Under the pieces are notes generated by a model, which saw nothing but the letters and a program-made list of their open reading frames with translations, did no database searches and was not told the origin of the DNA. A program made the position numbers and the translations under genes. 64,000 nucleotides of DNA. It comes from Vicugna vicugna. Lineage: Eukaryota. The stretch is from NCBI GenBank assembly GCA_013265495.1, contig MU057640.1, forward strand, positions 1,869,303 through 1,933,302. Direction: 5' to 3'. Positions 43,353-58,609 of the stretch are shown here, piece after piece (positions within the stretch are counted from its first letter, which is position 1; each line of letters opens with the position of its first letter).

Positions 43353-44899
43353 CTGAAAACATGACATGAAGTAAATCAAACTAATTAAAATGCTAGCTAT
43401 GCCATCAATATAAACTAGCAAGATTACCAAATGCAGTTATATTATCAAAATATGTTATCAGTCACTTTTGCCAATATTAGAGATGCCTGGTAGGCGTGTT
43501 GCATCAGAGCCATCGCCTCTGTCTGCTGCGGCACATGCTGCGCGTACAGCACAGACACGCTGGGACACTGTATCCCTCTGCACGCTCTGGACTCCCAAGG
43601 GGAGAGCCTCTAACCTCAAGCAATCCGTGTCACACAGTTACTATTTTTTACTTGCATCATAATATGTTCAAGTTATAAACAAGAGTAGAACTAGGTGTTA
43701 AGTCTATCTGAAATAAATTTAGACTTATCAGAGCATATAAAGGCAAGTTTTGGAGAACAAATTTTATATTAACATATGCTATAAAGGGCAACCAAAATCT
43801 TACTATCAAATTGTTAAGGTATCAATATGTCCTTTCCTGAGTTCCAGACAAAAAGTAAGTACTTCTTTGCAGACTGCTATTGACATATTTTTAAAGAATA
43901 AAAAACTAAGGCATCCATAAAAAACAAATTTTTAGCATAAACTGTAACAGAAAACTAAAATCTGCTTATATTCAAAATGATACCACAATTTCCTAAAATT
44001 TCATAGCCATTATTTATTATACAACCATAAAAATCACATAAACAACTACGATAAACTCCATGAACACATTAAGGAAACCAAACATAACAACATGACAGTT
44101 ACTAAATGAACAAGTCTAAGTAACTCTTTCTGTAACCCGTTTTCAAGGGGGATTCAAGAAGAAAATAGTTAAGCAAACTTAACATCTTATAATAAAATTA
44201 AGAATAGTTAAATAATACTTTATATTTTACCAAATCTTTCCTTTTATTGATTCAGCGGGACAGCAGTACACAACAAAAATTTGTCAAAATATAGGTTGAT
44301 ACTGACTTTGAAGGAGCATGAGGGATTTTCTTGATCTGGATGGCAATTAAATGGGTGCACACATATGTAAAAATCCAGTGAGCTGTACACTTAATATGTG
44401 TAATCTATTGTATAAAAGTTAAAACGTCAGTGAAAAAGTAAGTAAAAATAAGAATTTAAAGGTTAAAACTATTAAGAAACTCTTGATGTAACCAGTAAAA
44501 AAAAACAATGAACTTCGTAATATTTTTGAACTGTTTACTAAGTTTGATTCTCCTTAAATTTCCTAATTCCTGCTTTCAATTAGCCATAAAAGGCATTGTA
44601 ACTAGACAGAAAGAAAAAGGCCAAAAAGCATTTTACCGCAAAAGAAGTTTCATTCTTACTACATCTGCTAGGCAAGTTATAAAACTAACATTTTATTTTA
44701 CTACTAGAATAATAAACACATAAACTCCTATGCAGAAATGTAAAAACAAGTAAGCAAACAAAAAAACACCACTTTATGCATACCCTTCTAGGAATTTAAA
44801 CTTTAAAAAAGCTTTTCGAATATGCATATGGTAGTCATGTGCTCACATCTCAAAGTGTTTCCTTTTTCTCTTCTTAATAAGCTTCCCACTTTGTTCAGA

Positions 44900-45300
44900 T
44901 GTTGGGCATGTATCTTGTGATTTATGAGAAGAGGGCACAGATCTGACTAGCCCTAGTTCTGGTCAGTGAACCAACGGGAGTCTGCTGGAGGGCTTCTGGG
45001 AAAGGCTTTTCCATGTCTGAGAAGATGATGACCACGGACAACTTCCCCGCCCCACTCTGCACCTGCTTCTCACTTTGCAACAGGATCTAACTGAAGCCTC
45101 TGTGCTCATCCTGCAACTCTAAGGAAAAGCCAAAAGAACCAGGGAAATTCCAACCTGGAGCCCTAAGATTGTTGAGCTGCTGAACAAATGCTATACAACC
45201 ACCTCCCAACTTGGGTGACAAAAATAAACTCCTATTTCTTCAAGTTACTTAATTAGTTGAGTTCAATTATTTGCTGACAAAAGCAATCTTAACGGATATA
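44900..45300. mobile_element. MaLR (MLT1-like) LTR
   Basis: gactagccctagttctggtcagtga...gttgagctgctgaac...aataaactcctattt..ttaagt. Boundaries approximate. Confidence 0.6.
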
Positions 45301-48300
45301 ATGGATGGCTATATTTTATTCCTCATGTTTATCTATCTATATTATTTAAAGTTTATTGCCCCAAAATATAACAGAGTCGTGACTGCTCACATTTGAAACA
45401 ATAGGGGATCGGGACTACAATCCACAGTACATACAAATAAAAGAACGCAATGCATTCCCCAAAATGTCACTGTAGAAAAACTCTTAATGACATTAACACT
45501 CATGATCTATTCAGTAAGGAGAGTCAAGTTCCAAAGAGCAAGCACACTAAAATCCCTCTTTGTTTAAAAGGTTTTTTTGATTATGACATTATGGATGATT
45601 TTTATTTTCTTCTTATTGCTTTCCTTCATTTGTTAATTTCCTAAAAATAAATACATTTGGAAGAGGAAAAAATTACCACAAAAATGATACCTTCATATAT
45701 TTAGAGGTGAAGTTTTTACTTACATGGTTTGCACAAACTAAAATGGTCCAGCATTTCTTCTCTTTGATAAGTGCCAAAGGAAAGGTCCAGGAAGGGTAAC
45801 GGACGTCACAGAAGAAAAATTACTTCCAACTAAAGAGCCATCAGGCAAGGTCACCTCCTCCATGAAGCCTTGCCCCTCTTTCTAGCTAGAAACAATTATT
45901 TTTCCTCTGAAAAAATTCCTATGGCATTCTTATGGCAACTATTACTTTGTATCTTATACTTATAGTTCCTTGGTAACATGTATCATATTTATAACTTCAG
46001 TTACTTCCAGACTTCTACTATGAAATTGCAAACTCTGAGGGTAAGACCCACTCTCCAACCCAAACAAGTAAAATGCCTGAATACTATCAGACACTAAAAT
46101 ATTTAAAGGAAGAAAAGTGACAAATGGAAAAAGAGGGAGGTAAAGGACATTAAAAAAAAAAAAAAAAGGAGGGTGGGGAGAAAGGAGAAGGAGTAGAAGG
46201 TGGAGGAGAGAAGGGCAGTGGAGGCAAGAAGGAAGAATCACAATAACTATGACAGAGTCACTATGTTCAAGGAGTACACTAACTAGTACAGAAGACATTT
46301 ATAGACAACTGTGATAAAGCGTCATAAGTGCCACGTAGTCAAACAGGTACAGGAAACATGGTATCTCTGTATTGGTAATAACACTATCAATATATTAAAA
46401 AGCCCAACTTTACTTCCCTACTTCAGCTTCCCTAAAAGATAACAATAATTATGTCAATAATTTCTTTTGTCATAAACAGTATAAAACTAAAACACCAAAA
46501 TCCAAGTAGTATAATAGCCTCTGATATCTGCCCCTTTTTAATCCAAGAGTTAATATTTTAAGAAAAGCCAAATAAGGTGTTCTGTGCATTTAGGTGCAAC
46601 CATGCTTTAATTACAGTCAAAATGGGACTCCCTCCCTAAAACAAGCAGGGCAAGTTCCAATGGACATAATGCCAAGGGCAGCTACCGAAGGAGGCTGGCC
46701 CTGCTGTGCCCCTTTCATCTGTCCTATCAAAAAAAAATTTTAAAGGTTTGGTTCTCTGAAAGTCTGTTGGAAAAATGTAGGCTTACTCCTGAGGGTAAGC
46801 TGACATTGCCAACATTCATCATCAAGAAGAAAGGCCAGGTTTAATTAAGAATACAAAACGTGCAGCCATATTTAAGGACCACGTCATTTCATTCTATAAA
46901 AAGAGACTGAGAAAAGTACAAGACCAACAAAAAAGAGGATCAAGGACAGCAGCACTTTCCTTCAAACCAGCACTGTAAACATTCAAACTTAAAACGTATC
47001 AGCCTAAATAAAATGCCATAGCCCTTTTCTACGTTTGTTTGTTTTTTTTAACTGGGACCTTTCCTACTCCATCTGCTTGTTACAGAAAGAAGACAAACTT
47101 AAGGACCTGGTATAGCTGCTCTACACCCAATCACAGCTAAAACTGTTACCAACATGCATCCCCTCGAAGTCTAAATCAGAATTTGAATTTGTAAATTCAA
47201 ATATAGGCAATTTTCTATCAAAATATGTTAGGAAACAGGACCCTATTCAAGATTCTGATTCACAGAGTATGGTGTTTTTCATAATACTTTTCTTAGAGTA
47301 GGGCTAACAACGTGGAATAGTAGAATGCTGCGGGACAGTCAGGAGAACTGGCCTGCTACTTGTCCATTTGTGAAATGAGAAGCAGGCCTGAGTCTACCAC
47401 TAAATGTCTATTATCTATCTAGACAAATGTAATCAGCAGTCGTAACTGCAAGTCGCGGTGCAGAAGGCAGAACACAGACAGCAGAGAAGAGAAGGCAACC
47501 TCCACTGCGGAGACCTGTCAATGACTACACATCATCGTACACCAAAAACTAAGTGCCAAATAAATACCAGAAGGATAGGCTTCATCTGCAAGAGAAAGGG
47601 GCCAACACCACAGAGTCTCTGAAAGTCTTGAGGAATAGGGGATGGTTTTAACAAGAGTTAAAGTCAGGCCAGAAAATAAAGAGGACGAAGTCTCTGGAGC
47701 AGAAAAGAGGAAGAGGAGGGAAGAGTGGTTTCAATCCACAAACAGTGCAACTGGACAGAAAATCAAGAAGTGGGGTCTAGTCTAGACCCTGATATAACTC
47801 AGCTGCTCCTTCTTCTATATAATAAAAGTGCTGACGTAATGACCATTGAAACTCAACAGTTACCTCAAGTTTTAGTATAAGAAGCCCTCTGAAGTTTCTC
47901 ACTAAGTTTACTACCTTATGCTTACAGAATTTTATTCTAGCTGGTGTGGTCACTGCTGAGAAAGGCAAGCAGCAATAACTGGGACTTTGACTAGTGTGGG
48001 AGATGCTTAGGATGAAAAAGAGAAATACAGCAGCAAAAAGGTTAGACAGCATGAGAGTACAGCTGCCTTCAACCGAGTTCTGAGATAATACTTTCAGTTA
48101 CTATTTTAAGTTAAAAGTTACATAGCAGAAAGACATCAGAATTGGCAAAAGCAGATCTGTATTCTACTCCCAGCTCCATTAACATCTTGAACACTGTGAG
48201 ACTCTGAGGTTAATTTTTTTTTTTGCCATGTTTAAACTAGGTATAACCACTGACATCCATACTTCTCCAGACCCTGTGATGGGAAATAAGCACAAACTAC

Positions 48301-48465
48301 AAGTTCAGTTTCCCAAGGGCACTCACCACAACTGTCTTGATCAAAACTATCCCCAGGCAATGACATATGGTATGTGCTCAGCAACAAGGTACTTAATTAA
48401 TGTGAAAATTCTGTTTAAAATATTGACAGAAGATGATCAGTAAACAATCAAAAAATTATTAATCA

Positions 48466-48726
<261 letters not shown>

Positions 48727-49599
48727 TCAATGGTTTTCTTTTTGCATTTTTTTAAGTTATTATACTTTTTTCTGTAAAACAAAGAGGTTTAGATATTTAA
48801 CAGAGCAAATCGAAAAAAAAATCATCTTCTTTTATAAATCTGACCATTGGAACTATTTTACAATCATGTCATACGCCAAAATATTTAAAACTCTCTCCCA
48901 AACTGTTTATACAATCCAACATTAGAAACTGGCCTTGATTACAATTGCAGCACACTAAATATAGCACTATTTTATGATATGTGCCACAAAACCACTCCAG
49001 CCAAGCAATGACTTGCCTTTTGTTTCCCAACAGCAAAGAGAAATTGGTCAGTGGTAAACACAGAAAGTAATCAGATCTCATAGGACCTGATCTCCCCATG
49101 AGCACGGTCTGACTGAGCTGCGTGACACCATAAGGAGCACGCCTGAGAACAACTGTCCTGGTCAAGCTATTCGAACTTGTGTTTTTTAAGTTAAGAGAAT
49201 TTACCTGGGATATAACTTATTTTACAGAACCAGAAACCTAAGTTTGAGTTAGAAGGTACAAGTTAAAAAGTGAGAAGATGCTATACAGTTATGAGAGGCA
49301 AAGGAGAGAAAAGTACTAGGTTCAAAGAACTGAGGAAGCCCACAGACGGTACTTAGAGATAACAGGATCCCAAATCAGGAAAAAATATCACACCAAACGT
49401 CAAAACACTTAGACAATTTTATAATAAGTTTCCTCAGGAACACAACTTTTACGACAATTGAGGCCTAAAAGTTACCATAATTCCATTTTCTGCCCATAGT
49501 TTTTTTTTACTCATTCTACCTGGTATACAAAGTAACTCAATGCATTTTTTAGCTATTATTATCAAAGATAAAAGTTCTAGTATGTCCGCTGAACTTTAC

Positions 49600-50110
49600 G
49601 GTGGATACAAGCTGTTTTGCCATCCAGCATCTAATTCAAACTCCTGGTTAACAACAACAAAAAGCAACCTGAAATTCTTCTGGTGAACCACCTCACCCCA
49701 AGCTCTCAGATGGAGGGGTGAACTCCACTGGCCAGAGTCAGTCCACATATCCCAATCTCTTAGTCATAACAATTAACATTTCTCGAGTACGTACATGACC
49801 TAACTCAGGCTAGCATGAATCAGGCCAGCAGTGTCCTATTGTTGAGAGAGGAAACTTCACTGTGTTTGCTGAGAAGACTTAAGTCCTGGACCTGCTGTAG
49901 CCCTTTCACCACCATTAAGGGAAAGCCTTAGAAGCCAACTAAAAGAAAGGAGCACAGCCCAGTGAAGCGAACCATGGAGATGTCTGAAATTCTGCACCTT
50001 GCCACATTTGAAGACATCCCTCAACACAGACTTTTCAGCAATGTGAGCCATAAATTACTTTAAGTCTGCGTGGATGGGGTATTCCAACAGCTGCAGCAAA
50101 AGGTACAAGC
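49600..50110. mobile_element. MaLR (MLT1-like) LTR
   Basis: catgacctaactcaggct...gacttttcagcaatgtgagccataaattactttaag. Confidence 0.6.
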
Positions 50111-50694
50111 AAAATAGAATTTGCTTACAAGTATACCTTCCATTTATGTATTTATCATTATAGCTGTCTGAATTCTAGTTGTTTGTTTTTTTTTAATTAA
50201 TGGCCTCATAACTATCATATCCCTGTTTGCTTACATGGCCCCTAACTCTAGGCCACTGACTACAGTTAGCTAACTAATGTCTAAGAATGGAAATTAGCTT
50301 TCTAACTTACTACCCATTTACACAAATAAAACATACTGGAACTCAGTTACAAATTGGACGGCCGGCTCTGCATACAAATGTCCATGTGTGAGAAAAGTAG
50401 AATATGTTCAAGCATGCTGGCCAAGTTGGTGTTAAGTCACATAGACTGCCAAGGCCAGAATGAGAAATATTCTTCTAATCTGGCAAAATCTTAAGTCTGT
50501 ATATACAGGCAGCTATCACTCACTGAACAAGTGATGAGTAATACCCAGCAATATTACTGTTAACTCCACTGGAATGCATTCTCTAATTCAGACTGCAAAG
50601 AAATCAGAAGATGGAAAGCAAGGTGAAGACCAAGGAATAAAATATTCAATACCACAGAAAGGACAGAGAACCTTCATCTTGCCTTGTTTATATG

Positions 50695-51170
50695 CATCAT
50701 CTTTAATGACATATAATTCATATACCATACAATTCATCCACTGAAACTGTGCAATTCAATGATTTTTAGTATATTCACAAAGGTATGCAGCCATCATCAC
50801 AGTCAACTTTAGAATATTTTTATCATCTGAAAAATAAAGCCATTTAGCTATTACTCCCCAACCGTTCCCACCCACCCTCTGCTCTCCACCACCAGCCCTA
50901 AGCAGCCACTAATCTACATAATGGCTAATACTAACACTACTAGTCATAGTACTAAACTCTATAACCTGCCCATTCTGCATTTTTTTTCATATAAATGGAA
51001 TCACATACTATGCAGTCTTTTGCCACTGGCTTCTTTCACTTAACATAATGCTTTCAAGGTTCATCCATGTTGTAGCATGTACCAGTGCTTTCTACCTTTT
51101 TATGGCTAAGTAATATTTTACTGTATGTATAGAACACATTTTGTTTATTCACTCATCAGTTGATGGACAA
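50695..51170 (-). mobile_element. Old L1M 3' UTR fragment (sense to the gene)
   Basis: tggcttctttcacttaacataatgctttcaaggttcatccatgttgtagcatgt. Confidence 0.85.
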
Positions 51171-51707
51171 TCTTGCCTAGTTTCATACATCACTTCTGAT
51201 AGCAAGCCCAAATGATTACAATTAGAAGGTAAAGTTATAGTTAATAACAAAGCAAATATTTACTAAGTACTTATTACATTCCAGTCATAGAAGCAAGTGC
51301 TTTATTTGCATTTTCTCATGAAATATTCCTAAAATCTATGACATAAATACTATCATCCTCATTTCACAAATGGAAAAAAACTGAAAACCAAAAGGTGTGA
51401 AAACTTTCCTAAGATCTCAGAGGAGACATAAGCCATGACACTGGTATATGCAGTTCAGGTGGGAAAGGAAGCTACAAACAATACTCATTCAGCACTCTAC
51501 GATGTCTTATCATATCTGTTTCTTCTGTTTTTCACCCCACCCACTTGAATGTAGGTACTTATAAGCAGCCAGGACTGAGACAAGATTCGAACACCAGATC
51601 TAACTCTAAAGTCTACAGTCTAAGACACCATTAATGTCTTTTAACAAATAGGCACTGAAGTGCTCTTTCCAGTTCAAAACCAAAAGTAAACACCATTATC
51701 TACGGAA

Positions 51708-51915
51708 AGTTTCTTAACTTCAGTGTTACTGACATTTTAGGCCACATAATTGACTGTAGGAGACCATCCGGTGCGCTGTTAGGATGTTAGCCGCATCCCT
51801 GACCTCTACCCACCAGATGCCAGTAGCACTTCTCCTTGTTGTGATAACCAAAAATGTCTCCAACTATTGCCAAACATCTCCCAGGATGCAAGATCATCTT
51901 CAGTTGAGAAATAAT
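51708..51915. mobile_element. MER20-like hAT-Charlie element
   Basis: gcatccctgacctctacccaccagatgccagtagcac...accaaaaatgtctcc...gttgagaa. Confidence 0.85.
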
Positions 51916-52979
51916 CTACAACTAATGCACAATGGTCAACACGGGGGAAGGGGGTATTAAGGGAGCAAAAAGAGATGAAGGAAAAAACAAACAGCTCCTT
52001 TTATAGAAAAACCAAATCCTCTTGCAAATTTACTGTCCCTTTTTCTTCTCTATAAATTCAGAAGTAGAGTTTTTAGTCAGCTGTAGGTGTCCTAATGTAT
52101 AAATTAACTAAGTAAAACTTTTCTTTATTAGCAAGACTTGCAGATTTTCAGCAATGGAGATTTCAGCACGTACCTGGAAAGTACAGTAGTTTACAATTCT
52201 CACAGAAGCAAAGTGGTCTACTGCAGTAAGCAATACACCAAATTCAGGGAATCTCTACCTTTATGCCTTAACTTCCTCATCTGTTAAAAAAAAAAAATAC
52301 CAGGTACAGGGAAAGGCAGAAAAGCAGAAAGGGTCTAATCTGAATCATAAAAGAAAACTTCACAAATTAATTTGCTGATTATTAGTATCATTAACTGCTC
52401 AGGCTTTCATTAGAAACTTCATAGGACCATTACAGTACTAAATTCATATATCTAATCTAGATTAAAAGGATGTTCATAAAGGTATGAATAGATGAAAACG
52501 AAGTCTCTAAACAGAATAAATCTTCAGAAAATTCAGCCCAAAATTCACTTGCATACCTTTTAAATGGATCCCTAATTTATAATACTGCAAGCATTACTGT
52601 GTAAGAAACAGAAAGAAAAATCGGTCTGTCTCCAAAACATTCGTATTCAAATCTTAGAATTCAATGTGTTAATTTCCTCTCCTGAAACGTTAGAAATGTA
52701 ATACAAATATTAATGACTTTGACTCTTTCTTTAAGACAAAGATTTAATAAGCATTTTTGAACTGCTATACCATGGCCAATGAAAGCCAGAAGCACAAGCT
52801 GTCACTCCTACTGTACTCACTCATTCATGCAACAAGCTGACAGCTCTAACACAGCAAGCACAGTGACAGGAGTATTTATTTTCCTGCTCATTTCTGTTCC
52901 TCAGAACAGAGATTTGCAAGTGGAAGAGTGGGGGAGAGGAGATGTCAAAAGCAAAAATCTACAACAAAGAACTTATTTA

Positions 52980-53089
52980 TTGGGGGGGGATTTAGGTTTA
53001 TTTATTTATTTAACGGAGGTACTGGGGATGGAACCCAGGGCCTCGTACATGCTAAGAATGCACTCTACCACTGAGCTATACCCTCCCCC
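52980..53089 (-). mobile_element. tRNA-derived camelid-type SINE (Vic-1-like)
   Basis: Reverse complement starts gggggagggtatagctcagtggtagagtgc. TSD aacaaaga(a/t)cttattta at 52963-52979 and 53090-53106. Confidence 0.9.
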
Positions 53090-53109
53090 AACAAAGATCT
53101 TATTTAATG

Positions 53110-55090
53110 GTGAAACTTAAAAAACTCTTTTTAAGATGAGAAAAAGACAAGGATGTACACCAGCACTATTTCAATTTAATCATGTGCTAGGAGTCATAGC
53201 CAATGAAAAGGTAAACAAGAAGCATAAAGGCTAGAAAGGAAGAAACAAAACTATCATCATTTATGAAAAGTCAGGAAATAACTTACAAAGTTTTATCAAT
53301 AAGGGAGTTTAATAAGGTTGCTGGATATGAAGTAAACTGCTACAAATAAAGGGAGAAAAACAAAAAGTAATTATGAAAATTATATAATAGCAGAAAAACT
53401 ACAAAATTATTTGGCAAATTTAATAAAAGCTATGCAAGCCTTTTAATGGAGAAATGATAAATCTTTACTGAAAGACATTAGAGAAGACTAAATGGAGAGA
53501 TTCAATACTGTAAAGATATTAATTATCAGCAGAGGAATCTACATATCCAACGTAATTCCAATAAAAACTCTTAAGTTCTTACAGACTTTGCTCAGCAGAC
53601 TCTAAAGTTTATACCATAGAGCAAAGAGCCAAGAATAGCAAAGTCACTCCTGAAAAAGAACAAGACACAGGTTTGCCCCACCAGAGAGCAAAAGTCATGC
53701 TATAAAACTACAGTAATGAGGACAGTGTGATAACAGTGCAGGCACAAACAACTAGATCAACAATACAGGAGAGCGCCCAGAAACATACCCACCAGATACG
53801 AAAACTTATGCATACTGCAGCTCACCAAGGAAAAGACAGTCTGTTCAACAAATACTGATTAAACTGGTTATTCATAAAGTAAAAAACAAGAAAACAAGCC
53901 TTGAATCCCTACCTGGTAACAGACCAAAATAATTTCCAGTAAAATAGAAATGTACAACAGAAAAACATACAATTTTTACAAAGACAACACAGGAAAATGT
54001 CCTCCTAATCTCTGTGTAGGAAATAATTTCTTAAACAAGATACAAAAATGTTAATTAACCCCAAAATGATAAATTGCACATTAAATTTAAGAATGTATGA
54101 TAATCCTCAGGAACCTTAAGAAAAGTAAAATGACAAGCTACAAACTGGGAAAAGATGTCTGTAATGCATATAACCAATAAAAGAACAGTATAATAAATAC
54201 ATTTTTTAAAACTCCTTCTTCTTAATAAGAAAAAGAGAACTCCAAAGAAAAGTGAAAGAAGACATGAATGGGCACCAGAAAGAACAGAAAACTTAAATGG
54301 ACCATACATGTGACAGAGGATGTTCAACTTATTAGTTATGAGAAATGTTAACTAAAGCTCAAAATGAGACACACCTAACACTCACCTGTTAAAATGGTAA
54401 ATTGTTAAAGCTAACCAATATCAAATATTGATGAGGATGTGAAACAATAAGGACTTTTGCACACTAATGGTTAGAGTATAAATTGGTACAATCATTTAGG
54501 CAAAAAGCTTGGAATTACCTAATAAAACTGAACATAAAAATACCCTATGAATCAGCTTACATATACTAGATAGACCAAGAAACATACACAATTATGTTAT
54601 CAGAGAAAAAAAAAAGAATCTGAATGACTATCAATAAAAGAATGGATAAACTGTAATCTGTTCCTACAGTGGTGGATGATACAACACAAACATAAATGAC
54701 AGCTATAAACATCAACATGGTTAAGTCCATAAAATGCAAAATTCTGCACAAAAAAAGCCCTTCACAGAGAAATACTTATGCATGATTTTCTTTAGGATAT
54801 TCTAAGGCAGACAAAATTAAATAATCTATGTTTAGGAATATATACAAAGACTGTATAAAGAAAAGCAAGGAAATTATTACCAAAAAATTCAGTATAATGG
54901 TCACTCCTGCAGGAAAAAGAGTAGAATGAAATGGGAAAGGAGTACATGAAGACTCGTATGATAAGTGTATAATGTCCTATTACTTAAGCTGTGTGGTGGG
55001 CAACTAAGTATTCACTTGATTATTATTCTCTAAACTATACATATAATTGATACACTGTTTGGAAATATATTTCCCAGTAAAATTTTTTGA
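53110..55090 (+). mobile_element. Old L1M (degenerate ORF2 plus 3' UTR)
   Basis: Continuous degenerate L1 motifs (gccaagaatagc, gagcgcccagaaac, caaactgggaaaagat, taccctatga). No intact frame. Confidence 0.8.
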
Positions 55091-55154
55091 AAACTAAAAG
55101 AAAAATAGACAAATTCAGTAACAGAAGCAATTAAAAATATATACAATTATCCAG

Positions 55155-55430
55155 AAATAATAAGAGTTAACAATTACTGAGCGGTTACCATGTACTAGAA
55201 ATGGTTCTAAAAATTAAAAAAAAAACAAGAAAAAACCAGAAATGGTTCTAAGTACCTTACATATATGGCCTCATTTATTCTGTCTAGTAATCCTATGACA
55301 CAGCACTATTATTTGTCTCATTCTTCAGATGAGGAAACCAAGGCATAAAAAGCTTAAGTAACTCCCCCAAGGTCATACTATCAGGAAGTGATTCAAGCCC
55401 CTGCAGATTAAGTGCAGAATCTACATTCTG
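55155..55430 (-). mobile_element. MIR SINE with an internal poly(A) insertion
   Basis: cagatgaggaaaccaaggcat...cccaaggtcatac. Confidence 0.8.
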
Positions 55431-55639
55431 TTTGCCTACCCCCCAAATGAGGGTATGTATTTCCTAACAGAAATAGAATAGATTTTAGAACTGTGAAGAA
55501 TCCATCAAAAAAAAAAATCTGAAATTTTAGCAGATTAAAAGTTACTTAAAAGACAAGTGAGTAAGTGGATTTATATACACCATGTCTCTAAGTGACACTT
55601 TCTGTTTCAAAGGTTAAGTTCTCGCCAAATGCAATACAA

Positions 55640-56690
55640 TTATCATAAAAATTCTATTGAAATTTTCTGGAGGATGAGCACACAAAGGAACACCTCTCAA
55701 AAAACTAGCATATGCATGAGAATAATACGGAAAGAAAAACAATGAAGAGGGATTCAGATTGCTCCGTATTAAGCCTATTAAAAGCCATAAAAATAGTATG
55801 TTATAAAACAAAAAGAGAGGTCAATGGGGCAGAAAACAAAGCCCAGAAATGGACATAACACAAGTATGCTACATGAAAAAGCAAGCACTGAAAATTACTG
55901 GGGAAAAAATGCATTATTTAGTCAATGTTGTTGGTACTAACAAATCTAAAAAAAAAATGCATTAGAATGTTTTCAGATTGAATACAATTTAAGAGGAAAA
56001 AACAAAATGAAAAAATACCGAAAGAAGATACAGGTGAATATTTACATAATTTGGGAGAAGAAAAATATCTTACAAAACTTGGTATCAAAGACAGAATAAA
56101 CACTTATAGAATAGAATAGATCAGAAAAAAATTGTGGCATATAAATACATAAGTTAAATGCCACAAAGTGAGGAAAAGTATTTGACACAAAAGATAGGAT
56201 TGATATCCTTCATAAATAAGAATCTTTTCCAAATCTATAGCAAAAAACTAACCAACAAGAGAAAAATATACAATTCACAAAATAACAAATATAAATGGAA
56301 CAACACAAGAAAAATACCTCCATTTCACTGGTAATCCAAAAACTGAAAAATTAAATAATGAGATATGTACCCATTTATGGAAATACTAAGTACTCAGTGT
56401 TACAAAAGTACAAAAAAAGAAGCCCTCAAACTGCTCATCACAGTAATTAAAAGGTAAAAATCATTAGAATTTGGCAAAAGATATTCAAAATTTTTTAAAT
56501 GGGTGTAGCTTTCTAGTAATCCTACTTTTGCTAAATCATGATAAAAAATTTACTCATTTAAAATCTAAACATCACAATGATCTAATATTTAAATTTAAAT
56601 TGGAAGATAATCAAAATAACTAAAAATTAGATAGCTAAATTACGGTAATATCCACAAAACAGAATACTGTTATCATTAAAAATATTATCA
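55640..56690 (+). mobile_element. Highly diverged L1M fragment
   Basis: A-rich with residual L1 ORF2 motifs (aagcccagaaatggac, ggattgatatcc). Confidence 0.55.
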
Positions 56691-57947
56691 CTGAAAAAAT
56701 GTTTCACTAGTTCAAAATATTTCCTGACTACCTATCAGTGCCAGACACTGTTTTAGAACCTGGGAATATAATAGTTTGTAAGAAAAACAAGGCCCTGACT
56801 TCAAGAAGCTTATAAATGCAAACAAATGATTAAGTAAGATAATTTCAGGTAGTGATTAACGCTATTAACAAAATTACTACAAGGGTAAAAAATCTGATCA
56901 ATAAACAGGGTAATCATGTTAGGGATGGAGAAAAATGTAACTGAAAAGGGATAAATAAAGCCTTTGAGTCCCTGGAGAATACATAGGAACATTACCTTTC
57001 TTAACAGACAAGTGCCCACTTTCAGTGACATTATTTATATCTGGACACCTGAAATATCTCACAGCATTCTTAATGGGAACATGGCACCGTGGTTAAAAGC
57101 ACAGACTCCAGAGCCTGACTGGCTGGATTATTCGATCTTCTCACCTTACTGTCACACCTGTAAATCAGGGATAATAACAGCATCCATCTCAGAGAATTGC
57201 TCTGAGGACTGAATAGGCTAAAGAGAGCTCACACAGTTAACTGTTTAAGAGCTGTTAGTGGTACCTATGACTTCTATAACATCACAATAACCTTTTGACT
57301 ATAATATGGTAATTCCCTCTGTCAGAAAGAGAAAGTGGGACAGATTGTGACTGAGAGCAGCAGGGGGAATATTTTAGCTGAGACAGGAAAAGAAAGCCTC
57401 CAGGAGTGGGGTGTCATCTACAGAGCTGAACCCTAAGAAGTCAGTTATGTTAAGATCCAGGGAAGGAACGGCTAAGTTTCTAAGGTGAGAACACAAAATT
57501 GAAAAAACTTCACAATAGATTAAGTGAAAAACGTAGATTATAAATGTCAAGTAAAATATTACCACAATTTACTTAAGATCTATACATTTTATTTATATGT
57601 ATAAATAAAAACTAAATGCTTAGATTTATAAGCCATATTTTACTCTTTCTTTAAGCTGATTTTCATTGGTTTTGGTCTTCAGTGTGAATAACTATTATGC
57701 TATTAAGACTATTACTGTTCTGTCATGTTATTTATTAATAAGGCCAAAGATACTGATTCATCCCCAGATAGCCAGTTAGCTTTGCTGTGATCTAACGTGA
57801 CAATTGTACCTGTCACTGTATCAGTAGTATTAAGACTTACCACTGCCTTAAAACTGCATGAACAGAACAGGCGTGGCACAATAATCACATCACTGTACAC
57901 CCGCATCACTGTACGTTGTTACAGACCCAGTGACATAGGTTTCCTTA

Positions 57948-58202
<255 letters not shown>

Positions 58203-58295
58203 TCAACTAGAGAAACTTGTAACCAAAATAATAAATAAACATTCTCACACAAAGCAACAATTGTATTCCTAGCACCAAGTTGTAAAAGTACAAGA

Positions 58296-58609
58296 CAGCA
58301 CTACCGCATACAGTAGCCAGCAGCTACGTGTGGCTGTTGAGTGATTGAAATGTGGTTAGTCTAAATAGAGATGTGCAATAAGAATAAAATAACACTGGAT
58401 TCTGAAGACTCAGTATGAAAAATAGAATGCAAAATATCTCAATTTTTATACTGATTACATGTTGAAATATATTTAGATTATACTGGATTAAATAAAATAT
58501 AGTATTAAACTAATTTCACCTGTTTCTTTTAACTTATTTTTAAGGTGGCTACCAGAAAATTTTAAATTACGTATGTGGCTTGCATTACATTTCCATTGGA
58601 CAGCACTGG
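58296..58609. mobile_element. MER33-like hAT-Charlie element
   Basis: gtagccagcagctacgtgtggctgttgag...ggtggctaccagaaaattttaaattacgtatgtggct...ttggacagcactg. Confidence 0.85.
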
